A stretch of 27,576 bases of DNA from Atribacterota bacterium. GTDB lineage: Bacteria; Atribacterota; Phoenicimicrobiia; Phoenicimicrobiales; Phoenicimicrobiaceae. Each line of letters opens with the position of its first letter. Positions within the stretch are counted from its first letter, which is position 1. This document shows, in pieces, positions 1 through 9,308 of this stretch. The translations under genes and the position numbers were made by a program. The notes beneath the pieces were generated by a model, which was given only the letters and a program-made list of their open reading frames with translations, searched no databases and was not told where the DNA came from. The stretch spans positions 1 through 27,576 of the forward strand of contig JBBRDV010000014.1 in NCBI GenBank assembly GCA_038203565.1. The letters run 5' to 3'.

Positions 1-339
1 ACCTTCGGGCATGATGAAGGGGATCAGGTTTTACAAGAAACAGTCAAACTCTTTAAATCTACCCTTAGGGAAGTGGATATAATCTGCCGAATGGGAGGAG
101 ATGAATTCTTACTTGCTTTCCCGGACAACTCTCTAAAAGACACAGTCCAAATTAAAGAAAGATTAAATAAAAATATAATTGCCTTAAATCACACCTTAAA
201 GAAACCTTATCAGATAGAGCTCAGTATCGGTCTTTCCGAGTATGATCCTGATAAACCTCTATCTATGGATGAATTAATCCGGATAGCCGATCAGAAGATG
301 TATGAGGAGAAGGGAAGAAAAAACAAGGGAAGGTTGTAA
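1..339 (+). CDS. Diguanylate cyclase, GGDEF domain (5'-truncated by window edge)
   Basis: Frame open from base 1: [11 protein letters not shown]...[11 protein letters not shown]...SIG...ADQKMYEEK. Intact GGDEF and an RxxD I-site (REVD) five residues upstream. Confidence 0.92.
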   Translation, partial: TFGHDEGDQVLQETVKLFKSTLREVDIICRMGGDEFLLAFPDNSLKDTVQIKERLNKNIIALNHTLKKPYQIELSIGLSEYDPDKPLSMDELIRIADQKMYEEKGRKNKGRL

Positions 340-483
340 ATATAGTGGTAAATTAGAAACTGTTGAAGATGAGAAAGAAGAGAGGAAAATAATAAAGGGA
401 AATGTTAAAAAAATTATAAAATTTAAACAACAGCATATTGTTTATGTGTTTGTCTATCTTATGAGATGAATAGGAGGTAAAAA

Positions 484-2304
484 GTGAAAGACGAGGATAA
501 AACCAAAGCAGAGTTAAGAAAGGAACTGAAGTTTTCAAAAGAAGAGTTGGAAAAAGGCCTGTTCAAGAATATTGCTGAACAAAAACAAACAGAACAATTC
601 ATATTAAAAAATTGGGATAGGCATAAAGAAATATTTGCTTATATAAATAAAGGAATAACTATATATGAAGCCATAGAAAATGGAAAAGATTTTGTCATTA
701 AAGATCTTAACCCAGCTGCGGAAAAGTTTGATCATCTTAAAAAAGAGATTTTACTCGGTAAAAGTATCCTTAAAGAATTACCAGAATCAATACATTTCAA
801 TCTTTTTAAAACCCTTCAAAAAATATATAAGACCGGTAAATCTAAAAAACTAACTTTATTCTTGAATTCTACTCAGCAGAAGAACAAGGTTCGGAGAGAA
901 CACTATTTCTGTAAACTATCCTCTGGTGAAATCGTAACAGTTTTTGATGATATCTCCGAGAAAAAACAGGTGAAGAAAGAGCTGAAGGATTCGGAAGAGT
1001 ATTTAAAAATGTTATTCAATTATGCGCCTGATGCCTATTATGTCAATGATTTAAAAGGTCATTTTGTTGATGGAAATCTAGCAGCAGAAAAATTGACTGG
1101 CTATAAAAAAGAAGAGTTAATTGGAAAGAACTTTTTAGAATTAAAAGTACTGTCTGATAAAGATATGCACAAAGCTCAAGAATCATTATCAAAAAATGTC
1201 ATGGGATCAGTAACTGGACCAGAGGAATATGTCATCATTCGAAAAGATAAAAGTACAGTAACAGTTGAGATCTGCAATTATCCGGTAAAGATTAAGGGAG
1301 ACATTTATTTATTGAGTATAGCAAGAGATATTACCGAGCGAAAGCAAGCAGAGGAGATGCTACATCAATATGAACATATTGTATCCAGTTCCTCTGATAT
1401 GCTAGCACTCCTGGATAGTAGTTTCCACTATCTCGCGGCAAATAATGCTTATGTAGAAGCGTTTAAATTAACTCCTGAACAGTTGATTGGGAAAACGGTG
1501 GTTAAAGTATTTGGAGAAGAGAACTTCAATAAAGTGATCAGGCCTCGTGCTGACCGTTGCTTGAGTGGTGAAGAAGTAAACTATCAAGACTGGTTTAATT
1601 TTCCGGCTTATGGACAGCGTTACATGGATATCACTTATTACCCATATTTTAGTAGGGATAACAAAGTAGTAGGATTCGTGGTCAATGGTCGGAATATCAC
1701 CGAGCGCAAGCAGGCAGAAGAAAAACTCAAAAAAACCTTGAGCGCAACCATTGAGACCATATCAAAGATAGTAGAGGTCAAAGACCCCTATACTTCCGGT
1801 CACCAGCGCCAGGTCAGCCAATTGGCCATCTCTATTGCCCGAGAGATGGACCTTTCTCTGGATAAGATTGAAGGGATCAGGATCGCTTCTTTAATCCATG
1901 ATATCGGGAAAATTGGAGTGCCCACTGAAATTTTAAGCAAGCCCACCCAATTATCCGATATAGAATTTAGTCTCATCAAAGAACATTCCCAAATAGGATA
2001 TAATGTCTTAAAATCTAATGATTTTTCCCATCCTATAGCCCAAATTATCCTGCAACATCACGAAAGATTAGATGGTTCAGGATATCCTCAGGGACTGAAA
2101 GGTAAGGATATTCTCATAGAAGCCTGTATTATAGGAGTAGCCGATGTCGTCGAAGCCATGTCTTCCCATCGTCCCTACCGACCGGCTCTCGGAATAGATG
2201 CAGCCCTGGAAGAAATCACCCAAAATAAAGGTATCCTCTATGACTCGGAAGTAGTGGAGGCTTGCTTGAAGCTCTTTAAGGAAAAAGGATTTAAATTTGA
2301 ATAG
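484..2304 (+). CDS. Multi-PAS HD-GYP c-di-GMP phosphodiesterase
   Basis: GGAGG RBS before GTG; PAS/PAC segments ending DISEKK, DITERK, NITERK; C-terminal DPYT.GH, IHDIGK, EH, HHERLDGSGYP, VADVVEAM, RPYR motifs all intact. Confidence 0.92.
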   Translation: MKDEDKTKAELRKELKFSKEELEKGLFKNIAEQKQTEQFILKNWDRHKEIFAYINKGITIYEAIENGKDFVIKDLNPAAEKFDHLKKEILLGKSILKELPESIHFNLFKTLQKIYKTGKSKKLTLFLNSTQQKNKVRREHYFCKLSSGEIVTVFDDISEKKQVKKELKDSEEYLKMLFNYAPDAYYVNDLKGHFVDGNLAAEKLTGYKKEELIGKNFLELKVLSDKDMHKAQESLSKNVMGSVTGPEEYVIIRKDKSTVTVEICNYPVKIKGDIYLLSIARDITERKQAEEMLHQYEHIVSSSSDMLALLDSSFHYLAANNAYVEAFKLTPEQLIGKTVVKVFGEENFNKVIRPRADRCLSGEEVNYQDWFNFPAYGQRYMDITYYPYFSRDNKVVGFVVNGRNITERKQAEEKLKKTLSATIETISKIVEVKDPYTSGHQRQVSQLAISIAREMDLSLDKIEGIRIASLIHDIGKIGVPTEILSKPTQLSDIEFSLIKEHSQIGYNVLKSNDFSHPIAQIILQHHERLDGSGYPQGLKGKDILIEACIIGVADVVEAMSSHRPYRPALGIDAALEEITQNKGILYDSEVVEACLKLFKEKGFKFE

Positions 2305-2415
2305 ATAAAAGTGATTTACATTTCCCTTAGGCCAAGGGCATGATATTATGTTTTTATGTTATAATAACTATATCACCAATTACTCTTATATAAGATTACT
2401 CTAATATTAATTTTT

Positions 2416-3147
2416 ATGGAGGTGCAAATTAAAAAGATGAAGAATATAGAGAAAACAAAAGAAAAACTTATTGAAGAATTACGAGAAAAGAATAAAAAAA
2501 TTACCGAATTGGAACAAACAGCAGTTAGGTATAATCTGCTGGAGAAAGAACTCCAGCAGAGTGACGAAAAGTTGCAAAAATTTATAGAAAGCATTGCCTA
2601 TATTATTACGAAAATAGTTGAAATAAGAGACCCCTACCTTACAGGTCACCACCAAAGGGTCTCCAAACTTGCTACTGCGATAGCCCAAGAGATGAAACTT
2701 CCTCAGGATAAGATCGAAGGAGTAAAAATTGCCTCTCTGGTTCATGATGTGGGGAAGGTTAATTTGCCCACTAGAATTGTCAGTAAGCCAAGTTCATTAG
2801 CTGAAGTGGAATTTAATTTACTCAAAAATTATCCCAGAACAGGTTATGAAATCTTAAAAAAAGTAAATTTTCCCTGGCCCGTTGCTGAAATTGTCTTTCA
2901 ACATCAGGAAAAGATAGACGGTTCAGGATATCCGAGAGGGTTAAAAGGTGGCAAAATTCTGATAGAGGCAAAAATATTAGGGGTAGCGAATGTGGTTGAA
3001 GCAATGTCTTCTTATAAATCCTATCGGCCTGCTCTTAGTATTGATGAAGCTTTAGCAGAAATTTCAAAGTATGAAAATATTCTTTTTGACCCTGAAGTGG
3101 TAGATGCCTGTTTGAAACTCTTTAAAGAAAAAGAATTTAAGTTTTAA
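2416..3147 (+). CDS. HD-GYP domain protein with degenerate metal ligands (start may be ATG 2437)
   Basis: VHDVGK and DGSGYP present, but NYP, HQE and ANV replace H, HHE and AD. GGAGGT at 2418-2423 favours the ATG at 2437. Confidence 0.88.
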   Translation: MEVQIKKMKNIEKTKEKLIEELREKNKKITELEQTAVRYNLLEKELQQSDEKLQKFIESIAYIITKIVEIRDPYLTGHHQRVSKLATAIAQEMKLPQDKIEGVKIASLVHDVGKVNLPTRIVSKPSSLAEVEFNLLKNYPRTGYEILKKVNFPWPVAEIVFQHQEKIDGSGYPRGLKGGKILIEAKILGVANVVEAMSSYKSYRPALSIDEALAEISKYENILFDPEVVDACLKLFKEKEFKF

Positions 3148-3190
3148 CTTGAGAATTCACTCTAGTCTTGTTACCGGGTTACCGTATTTC

Positions 3191-3219
3191 TGTCATTCCG
3201 CACTTGATGCGGAATCCAG
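3191..3219. repeat. REP-like palindrome (GTCATT...AATC type) between convergent genes; possible bidirectional terminator
   Basis: TGTC-ATTCCGCA-CTTGA-TGCGGAAT-CCAG: perfect 8-bp stem 3195-3202/3208-3215, just past the dinB stop. Confidence 0.7.
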
Positions 3220-3221
3220 AT

Positions 3222-4409
3222 TCACTTTAAAAGGCTGGCTCGGGTGATGGCTTTAGAGCCAAATTTTTCCCTGATTTTATCTAAAGATTGAGTAAGTTGT
3301 TCCAATTTATCCTCTTTGTCTTTGGAAAATTTTAATTGCTTTCTTTCCTTTCCCGAAATAAGATTGGATAATCTTACTCCCAAAAGTCTAACTCCGCCTT
3401 TTTTATTTCTTACTTTGTCCAGGAGTTCTATGATAGTTTTAAAGATGATATCATCAAGATGGGTAGAATTTTCTAAGGTCTTGGACTTAGTGATGGTAAC
3501 AAAATCCTGAAATCTTATTTTTAAGGTAATGGTCCGACCTTTGTAACCTTCCTTTCTGGCAGTATAACCCACGTTCTGGGAAATTTTTAGCAGTTCTTTT
3601 AACAGAACTGCTTTTTCGGTTATATTGCTACCGAAAGTTGTTTCCTTACCAATAGATTTTGCTTCAGATGGGGGAGCAACCGGGCTTTCGTCTATCCCTT
3701 GAGCCAGAAGTTTTATCTTTATCCCGTTTTTCCCCATCAGATTCTCTAAGATAAGATCAGGCATTTTAGCCAATTGTTCTACTTGATAGATACCAGATTT
3801 TTTTAATAATTCTTCCGTCTTTCTTCCTATACCCCAGAGGGCAGAGATAGGAAGAGGATAAAGAATTTTTTGAATATCTTTAAAGTAGATAATATAAAAA
3901 CCATCTGGCTTCCCCAGATTAGTAGCTATCTTGGCCAAGAATTTATTTTCTGCTATCCCCACCGAAACTTTAAGGCCTAATTCTTGATGAACCCTTTCTT
4001 TAATTTTTCTGCCGATGATTTCACTTGAGCCAAAGAGTGATTCGCATCCGGATATATCTAAAAAAAGTTCATCGATGCTCAACGGTTCTATTAGTGGGGT
4101 ATAAGTACTGCAGATCTGAAAAAAACGATCAGATGCTTCCAGGTATTTGTGTATTTGAGAAGGAATAAAAATTCCCTGATGACATTTTTGACGGGCCTCC
4201 CAGATGGGCATACCGGCGTGAACACCGTATTTACGGGCTTCATAGGAAGCGGCACAGACTACTCCGCGGTTTAAGTTGCCTTCAGCACCGCTTGCTCCTC
4301 CCACGATAAGAGGTTTTTCCCGATAAACCGGATTATCTCTTTGCTCTACCGAGGCAAAAAAAGCATCGAGGTCCAGATGAATTATAGATAGGCGATGGTT
4401 ATCACTCAT
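3222..4409 (-). CDS. dinB: DNA polymerase IV (Y family)
   Basis: HLDLDAFFASVE, ASYEARKYGV, SIDE catalytic motifs; KPDG; HhH LWGIG; clamp-binding-like QLKF; C-terminal LDKIREKFG tail. Confidence 0.95.
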   Translation of the reverse strand: MSDNHRLSIIHLDLDAFFASVEQRDNPVYREKPLIVGGASGAEGNLNRGVVCAASYEARKYGVHAGMPIWEARQKCHQGIFIPSQIHKYLEASDRFFQICSTYTPLIEPLSIDELFLDISGCESLFGSSEIIGRKIKERVHQELGLKVSVGIAENKFLAKIATNLGKPDGFYIIYFKDIQKILYPLPISALWGIGRKTEELLKKSGIYQVEQLAKMPDLILENLMGKNGIKIKLLAQGIDESPVAPPSEAKSIGKETTFGSNITEKAVLLKELLKISQNVGYTARKEGYKGRTITLKIRFQDFVTITKSKTLENSTHLDDIIFKTIIELLDKVRNKKGGVRLLGVRLSNLISGKERKQLKFSKDKEDKLEQLTQSLDKIREKFGSKAITRASLLK

Positions 4410-4466
4410 TATTTTTTATATCCTTCCTAAATTAAAAAATAGGTATATAGTTTTTCGTTTTTAGTT

Positions 4467-4501
4467 GAGATTGCTTCGTCACTTCGTTCCTCGCAATGAC
4501 A
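4467..4501 (-). repeat. REP-like element (GTCATT...AATC type)
   Basis: Minus strand reads TGTCATTGCGAGGAACGAAGTGACGAAGCAATCTC, an imperfect hairpin closed by ATTGC/GCAAT with the same ends as the 3191 element. Confidence 0.7.
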
Positions 4502-4518
4502 AAATATATTGTTTTTTT

Positions 4519-4571
4519 GTAGGGGTCGGATTTATCCGACCCGAAACGGGTTTGATAAATCAAACCCCTAC
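4519..4571. repeat. Inverted pair of GTAG-type REPs (BIME/REPIN-like)
   Basis: GTAG-GGGTCGGA-TTTA-TCCGACCC-G (4519-4543), AAA, then the inverse copy GTAG-GGGTTTGA-TTTA-TCAAACCC-G (4571-4547). Confidence 0.85.
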
Positions 4572-4577
4572 AACACC

Positions 4578-7500
4578 TTACTCATTACGGGCAAACACAA
4601 GGTTTGCCCCTACCTCAGGCACCTGGTTTCTATCTTCTTCACGAGATACGAGATACGAATTTATATTTACAATCTTCCGGGCAATGATTTTAAAATCTCC
4701 GCCATTTTTACTTAAAGCCCCTTCTATCAAAAGAGGTACTTCTTTGCGAAGGAGAATAGAATATTTTTGATAGATATTCGGGAAAGCAATCACTTCAAAA
4801 AAACCGGCTTCATCTTCCAGGAGCAAGAAAGCCATAACCTGTTTTTGCCTGGTAAATTGTCTTCTTGCCTGGATGAGTATTCCTTTTATCAAAATTGACT
4901 TCGGATAAAAGGTATTTAACAGTTGATTAGAGTTCATCATCGTCAGGTGTGCTAATATTTTATCATATTTTTTTAAAGGATAGTTAGTTATATATAAATC
5001 GAGTATTTCCTTTTCTAAATTCATTTGGAAAGATTTAGAAAAAGGATAAGCAGGAATGGAGTCAGAGGCAATAAGTTCGGTATCCCGTAATCCCCTCTCT
5101 TTGAGCATTATATTTTGCGCCCCATCTTTAGCTTTCTTCTTTCTAACCTCTTTTAAAGTAAGGGGGAGCAGGGTTAATAATGCCGAACGGGGATAAGCAG
5201 TGAAATCAAAAGCACCTACCTTGATTAGATTTTCTATTAATGGTTGATTGATTCTTAAGGGCGCAACTGTATAACAGAAATCATACAGAGAATTAAATCT
5301 TTTGCATTTTTCCCTGAGAGATAGAATGGATTTTAAATGCTTTTCTCCCATACCTTTTATCTGTCCCAGTCCCACCCGAATGGCTCCATCTTCTACGGTA
5401 AAACCGGCTCCGCTCTTATTGATATCGGGAGGAAGTACTTTAACCTTGAAGCGTCTGGCTTCCTGAATATAGCGGTCAGGAGAATAATAACCCATACCGT
5501 AGGTGAGCAAGGAAGCCAGGTAGTAAGCGGGATAATGCACCTTAAGATAACAGGTTACAAAAGAGATTAGGGCATAGGAGGTGCTGTGAGCTTTATTAAA
5601 ACCGTAGTGAGCAAATTTGGAGATCAGGTAAAAAACTTTTTCCGCTTCTTCTCTGGTATTTCCTTGTTGAATAGCTTTTTTAAGGAAATTATCCCTTTGT
5701 TTTTCCATTTCTACCGGTGAACGGGAGCTGATGGCTCGACGAAAGAGGTCGGCTTCTCCCAGGCTAAGGCAGGCAAAAACAGAAACGACCTGCATAACCT
5801 GTTCCTGATAAAGAATAACTCCATAAGTATCTTTCAAAATAGGTTTTAATTTGGTATGTAGATAGTCTATCTCTTCTTCGCCCCGCTTTCTTTTAAGATA
5901 ATGCTCGGTCATTCCGCTATCTAAAGGACCTGGTCGGTATAAAGATAGAGCAGCGATGACATCATTGAGATGGGAAGGGGAAAGTCTCCTTAGAAGAGAG
6001 GACATCCCCGAGCTTTCCAATTGGAAGACTCCCAGAGTTTTGCCCTTTTGCAGGGCAGAGAAGGTAGCTTCATCGTCAAGGGGAATCTGGTTAAGGTCAA
6101 TATTTATATTTTTTTCTTTTAGCATTTCCAGAGTTTTTTTAATAATAGTAAGACTGCGGGAGCCCAGAATATCCATTTTTAATAGGCCTAAATCTTTGAT
6201 GGATTCTTTTTCGTATTGGCTGACTATTTCTCCCTGATTGGTGATCTCCAGAGGGACTATTTCGGAAAGCGGCCTATCCGAGATGATCATGGAAGAGGCA
6301 TGTACAGAGAGGTGACGGGGTATCCCCTCTATGGTTTGAGCAAAAGAGAATAGGGATTTAAGAGGCTCCTGGTCTTGGGGAAGTTTTTTTAGTTCAGTTA
6401 AATTTTTTAGAGAAGCATTAATTACTCCCGGTGAGGAGAAGATAGGCATAAGTTGAGCGATTTTATTTATCTCCCGAGGGAGGAATCCCAGTACTCTTCC
6501 TGCATCTCGAATGGCTGAGCGGGCGGCATAGGTGGAGGTAGTACTGACATGGGTTACCCGATTATTTCCAAATTTCTCAAAGATATAGGAGATTACTTTT
6601 TCTCTCCCCAGCTGGCCGAAATCTATATCGATATCCGGAAGGTCTATTCTTTCCGGGTTAAGAAATCTTTCAAAAAAAAGTTGGTATTTTAAAGGGTCTA
6701 CCTCGGTGATATTCAGCAGATAAGAGACCAAGCTGCCGGCCGAAGAACCCTTCCCCGGACCGACCGGGATATTATTTTGTTTGGCAAAGCGGACTATATC
6801 ACGAACGATTAAAAAATATCCGGCAAAACCCATCTGGTTGATTATCTTTAATTCATATTGCAGGCGCTTTATCACTTCTAAGGAGGGGACGGGATAATAT
6901 TTTTTAAGGCCTTCCAGGCAAAGTTTTTTTAAATAATCCCGGGCAGAACAGGAAGAGGGCAGGGGATAAGCCGGAAGATGTATTTCTCCTAAATTAAGTT
7001 CTAAATGACACTTTTCAGCAATTTCACTTGAGTTTTTAAGGGCTTGAGGCACCCGGGAAAATAGTTTTTCCATCTCCGAGGGAGATTTAAAATAATATTC
7101 ATCGGTCTCAAGTTTTTGGTGATAGAATCTTTCTTTTGTTCCTAAATTGGCAATTTTATTTAATAGACCTTGAGAGTAGGCTTGTTTCTTTTCCAGGTAA
7201 TGGACATTATTGGTGGCTACTGCAGGAATCCCCAATTTTTGTCCTATTTCTATTAATTTAGAATTAATTTCTTTTTCCTGGCTCAGGCCATGAAAGGATA
7301 ATTCTAAATAAAAATTTTCTTTACCGAATACCTGTTGATACCGGTAAGCGGCCTCTTCGGCTTGCTCAGCCTTCTTTTGTGAAAGGAGAAGAGGTATTTC
7401 CCCTTTATCGCATCCGCTTAATCCAATGATTCCCTTACTGTGTTTGGCTAAAATATCTTTTTCTATGGACGGGATAGAGCCAGGATTAGATAAATGAGCT

Positions 7501-7817
7501 CTGGTAATAATCTGGCAGAGGTTGCTGTATCCCTCTTTGTCTTTGACCAAAAGAATAAAATGATAGGCTTGATTGGATTTTTGATTATCTTTTATCCGTA
7601 TTTCACAGCCGAGGATAGGTTTTACCCCGGCTTTTTTTGCTTTTTTATAAAATTGAATAGCCCCATAAAGTCCATCATGGTCAGTTAAAGCTATTGCTTT
7701 CATATTAAATTTAGCAGCTTGTTTAACTAAATCATCAAGGCTGCAGAGTCCATCTTGCATACTGTATTGAGAGTGTACATGTAGATGTACCATATCCATT
7801 TTTGAAATTCCTTTCAC
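4578..7817 (-). CDS. dnaE: C-family DNA polymerase III alpha, DnaE2-like (likely start ATG 7799)
   Basis: PHP motifs HLHVHSQYS/TDH/GCE; catalytic PDIDIDF and KMD; YGFNKAH; HhH; terminal OB fold. DnaE2-like PRHLSVH and MGYYSP...EARR; no tau-binding domain; downstream of lexA. Confidence 0.93.
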   Translation of the reverse strand: MKGISKMDMVHLHVHSQYSMQDGLCSLDDLVKQAAKFNMKAIALTDHDGLYGAIQFYKKAKKAGVKPILGCEIRIKDNQKSNQAYHFILLVKDKEGYSNLCQIITRAHLSNPGSIPSIEKDILAKHSKGIIGLSGCDKGEIPLLLSQKKAEQAEEAAYRYQQVFGKENFYLELSFHGLSQEKEINSKLIEIGQKLGIPAVATNNVHYLEKKQAYSQGLLNKIANLGTKERFYHQKLETDEYYFKSPSEMEKLFSRVPQALKNSSEIAEKCHLELNLGEIHLPAYPLPSSCSARDYLKKLCLEGLKKYYPVPSLEVIKRLQYELKIINQMGFAGYFLIVRDIVRFAKQNNIPVGPGKGSSAGSLVSYLLNITEVDPLKYQLFFERFLNPERIDLPDIDIDFGQLGREKVISYIFEKFGNNRVTHVSTTSTYAARSAIRDAGRVLGFLPREINKIAQLMPIFSSPGVINASLKNLTELKKLPQDQEPLKSLFSFAQTIEGIPRHLSVHASSMIISDRPLSEIVPLEITNQGEIVSQYEKESIKDLGLLKMDILGSRSLTIIKKTLEMLKEKNINIDLNQIPLDDEATFSALQKGKTLGVFQLESSGMSSLLRRLSPSHLNDVIAALSLYRPGPLDSGMTEHYLKRKRGEEEIDYLHTKLKPILKDTYGVILYQEQVMQVVSVFACLSLGEADLFRRAISSRSPVEMEKQRDNFLKKAIQQGNTREEAEKVFYLISKFAHYGFNKAHSTSYALISFVTCYLKVHYPAYYLASLLTYGMGYYSPDRYIQEARRFKVKVLPPDINKSGAGFTVEDGAIRVGLGQIKGMGEKHLKSILSLREKCKRFNSLYDFCYTVAPLRINQPLIENLIKVGAFDFTAYPRSALLTLLPLTLKEVRKKKAKDGAQNIMLKERGLRDTELIASDSIPAYPFSKSFQMNLEKEILDLYITNYPLKKYDKILAHLTMMNSNQLLNTFYPKSILIKGILIQARRQFTRQKQVMAFLLLEDEAGFFEVIAFPNIYQKYSILLRKEVPLLIEGALSKNGGDFKIIARKIVNINSYLVSREEDRNQVPEVGANLVFARNE
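4588..4613 (-). repeat. GTAG-type REP inside the 3' end of dnaE
   Basis: Minus strand GTAG-GGGCAAAC-CTTGT-GTTTGCCC-G, translated in frame as VGANLVFAR. Confidence 0.8.
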
Positions 7818-7818
7818 T

Positions 7819-7832
7819 TAAACGTATGTTTG
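7819..7832. promoter_or_regulatory. Candidate LexA operator upstream of dnaE
   Basis: TAAACGTATGTTTG; 13 consecutive bases identical to the site in the lexA promoter; AAAC-N4-GTTT dyad. Confidence 0.75.
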
Positions 7833-7866
7833 TTTCAAGGAGCAAAAAAATATAAGCAATTTTTCT

Positions 7867-8691
7867 TTAATTCCGTTCCTCTTTTTCTTGCTCTTTCTCT
7901 TTAATTTCTCCGGTTTCTATTTCTTCTTTAAGAAGTTCGATCAACATCAAGGCATTTTTAACTGCCTGACCTTTATAATGATTATTCATAAAAATATACT
8001 GGTCGGTAGTTTTTTCGGCAATTTTTTTTATTTTAGGTATCCATTCTTTTAATTCCTCTTCGGTATAGAGATAATCATATCTCTGATAGGCTTTTTCGTG
8101 TTCCCACCAATTAACCTTGTTTCGACCATGAAATCTAACATAACCCAGATTAGAAGTAGCTTCAGCTATGGGCGGGATCAAACCTTTAAGCTGAGGTTGG
8201 TCTACACAGCAAAAACCTATTTCGTTGTTTTTTAAAATCCTGAATATTTCGTTATTTATCCAGTAAGAATTTCTAAATTCTACTACCAGGGGTATATCCT
8301 CCATTCTTTCTTTGAAGCGGAGAAGGTAATCCCGATTAGAGGGGGTATTATGAAAAGAATAAGGGAACTGAGCTAACACGCAGGCAAATTTACCCGCTTC
8401 CAGCAAGGGCTTTATGGATTCTTTAAAATCTTTAAAAATAGCGGGATTTTCTTCTCGGCTATGAGTCATTTCTTGATTGGCTTTTACTGTAAACTTAAAA
8501 TCAGCAGGAACCTTTTGCTGTAAATAATAAAAAGATGCCGGATGAGGGATACGGTAATAGGTAGAATTAATTTCAGAAACCTTAAACTTTTGGGCATATA
8601 GTTTAAGCATCTCTTTTTTATCAGTATTTTCGGGATAAAAGGTTCCTATCCAATCTTCATAACTATAACCGGAGGTACCGATATATAGCAT
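7867..8691 (-). CDS. DUF72 (YecE-like) TIM-barrel protein
   Basis: YIGTSGYSY.DW, EINSTYY, KFTVKA, LAQFP, VEFR, CVDQP, YVRFHGRN, YDYLY, FMNNH motifs. Confidence 0.92.
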   Translation of the reverse strand: MLYIGTSGYSYEDWIGTFYPENTDKKEMLKLYAQKFKVSEINSTYYRIPHPASFYYLQQKVPADFKFTVKANQEMTHSREENPAIFKDFKESIKPLLEAGKFACVLAQFPYSFHNTPSNRDYLLRFKERMEDIPLVVEFRNSYWINNEIFRILKNNEIGFCCVDQPQLKGLIPPIAEATSNLGYVRFHGRNKVNWWEHEKAYQRYDYLYTEEELKEWIPKIKKIAEKTTDQYIFMNNHYKGQAVKNALMLIELLKEEIETGEIKEKEQEKEERN

Positions 8692-8696
8692 GGTTA

Positions 8697-9308
8697 CTAC
8701 TTTTTTCCTCCGTTAAATCGTCTTAAAATTCCGATAACCTTACCCAGGATAATCGCATCTTTGGTGTTTATGGGTTTGTAAAGAGAGTTGGAAGGCTGCA
8801 GGGTAATCTGATTATCTTTTTTATATAATCTTTTTACTGTAACCTCTTCCTGATTTAGGAGGGCGATGACAATGTCTCCGTTGTCAGCATCCTGCTGGGG
8901 CGAAACCATGACATAATCTCCATCAAGGATATGATCTCCGATCATGCTATCACCTTCAACTTTTACCATAAAACTTTCTTCACTGCCAGAAAGCTGCTCC
9001 GGTATAGGTATAACTTCGGTGATATCTTTTAAGGCCCACAATGGTTTTCCTGCGGCTACACTTCCTATTACAGGCACTTTATTGGTCTGAGGTATAATTC
9101 TAATGGCTCGAGATTTCTCTTTCTCCCGGTGGATATAACCCTTCTTTTCCAGGATGGTAAGATATTTATGGGCAGTAGCGGAAGAAGTTACTCCCACGGC
9201 TTTGCAGATTTCCCGAACAGTGGGCGGATAGCCGTTTTCTCTAATTGTTTTTTGAATCAACTGAAGAGTCTTTTTATGATTTGGGTCAAGGGAATCTTTT
9301 TTAAACAT
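8697..9308 (-). CDS. lexA: SOS repressor LexA
   Basis: GYPPTVREI winged HTH, VAAG cleavage site, GDSM catalytic Ser, VTVKR catalytic Lys; AAGGAG RBS. Confidence 0.96.
   Translation of the reverse strand: MFKKDSLDPNHKKTLQLIQKTIRENGYPPTVREICKAVGVTSSATAHKYLTILEKKGYIHREKEKSRAIRIIPQTNKVPVIGSVAAGKPLWALKDITEVIPIPEQLSGSEESFMVKVEGDSMIGDHILDGDYVMVSPQQDADNGDIVIALLNQEEVTVKRLYKKDNQITLQPSNSLYKPINTKDAIILGKVIGILRRFNGGKK

Noticed and set aside
4519..4613. Possible CRISPR array
   Set aside because: Units are inverted and divergent, with no 30-40 nt spacers and no cas genes.
4465..4770. ORFs 4465-4770 and 4509-4715 on the + strand
   Set aside because: They are translations of the REP cluster and antisense dnaE, with no RBS or domain motifs.
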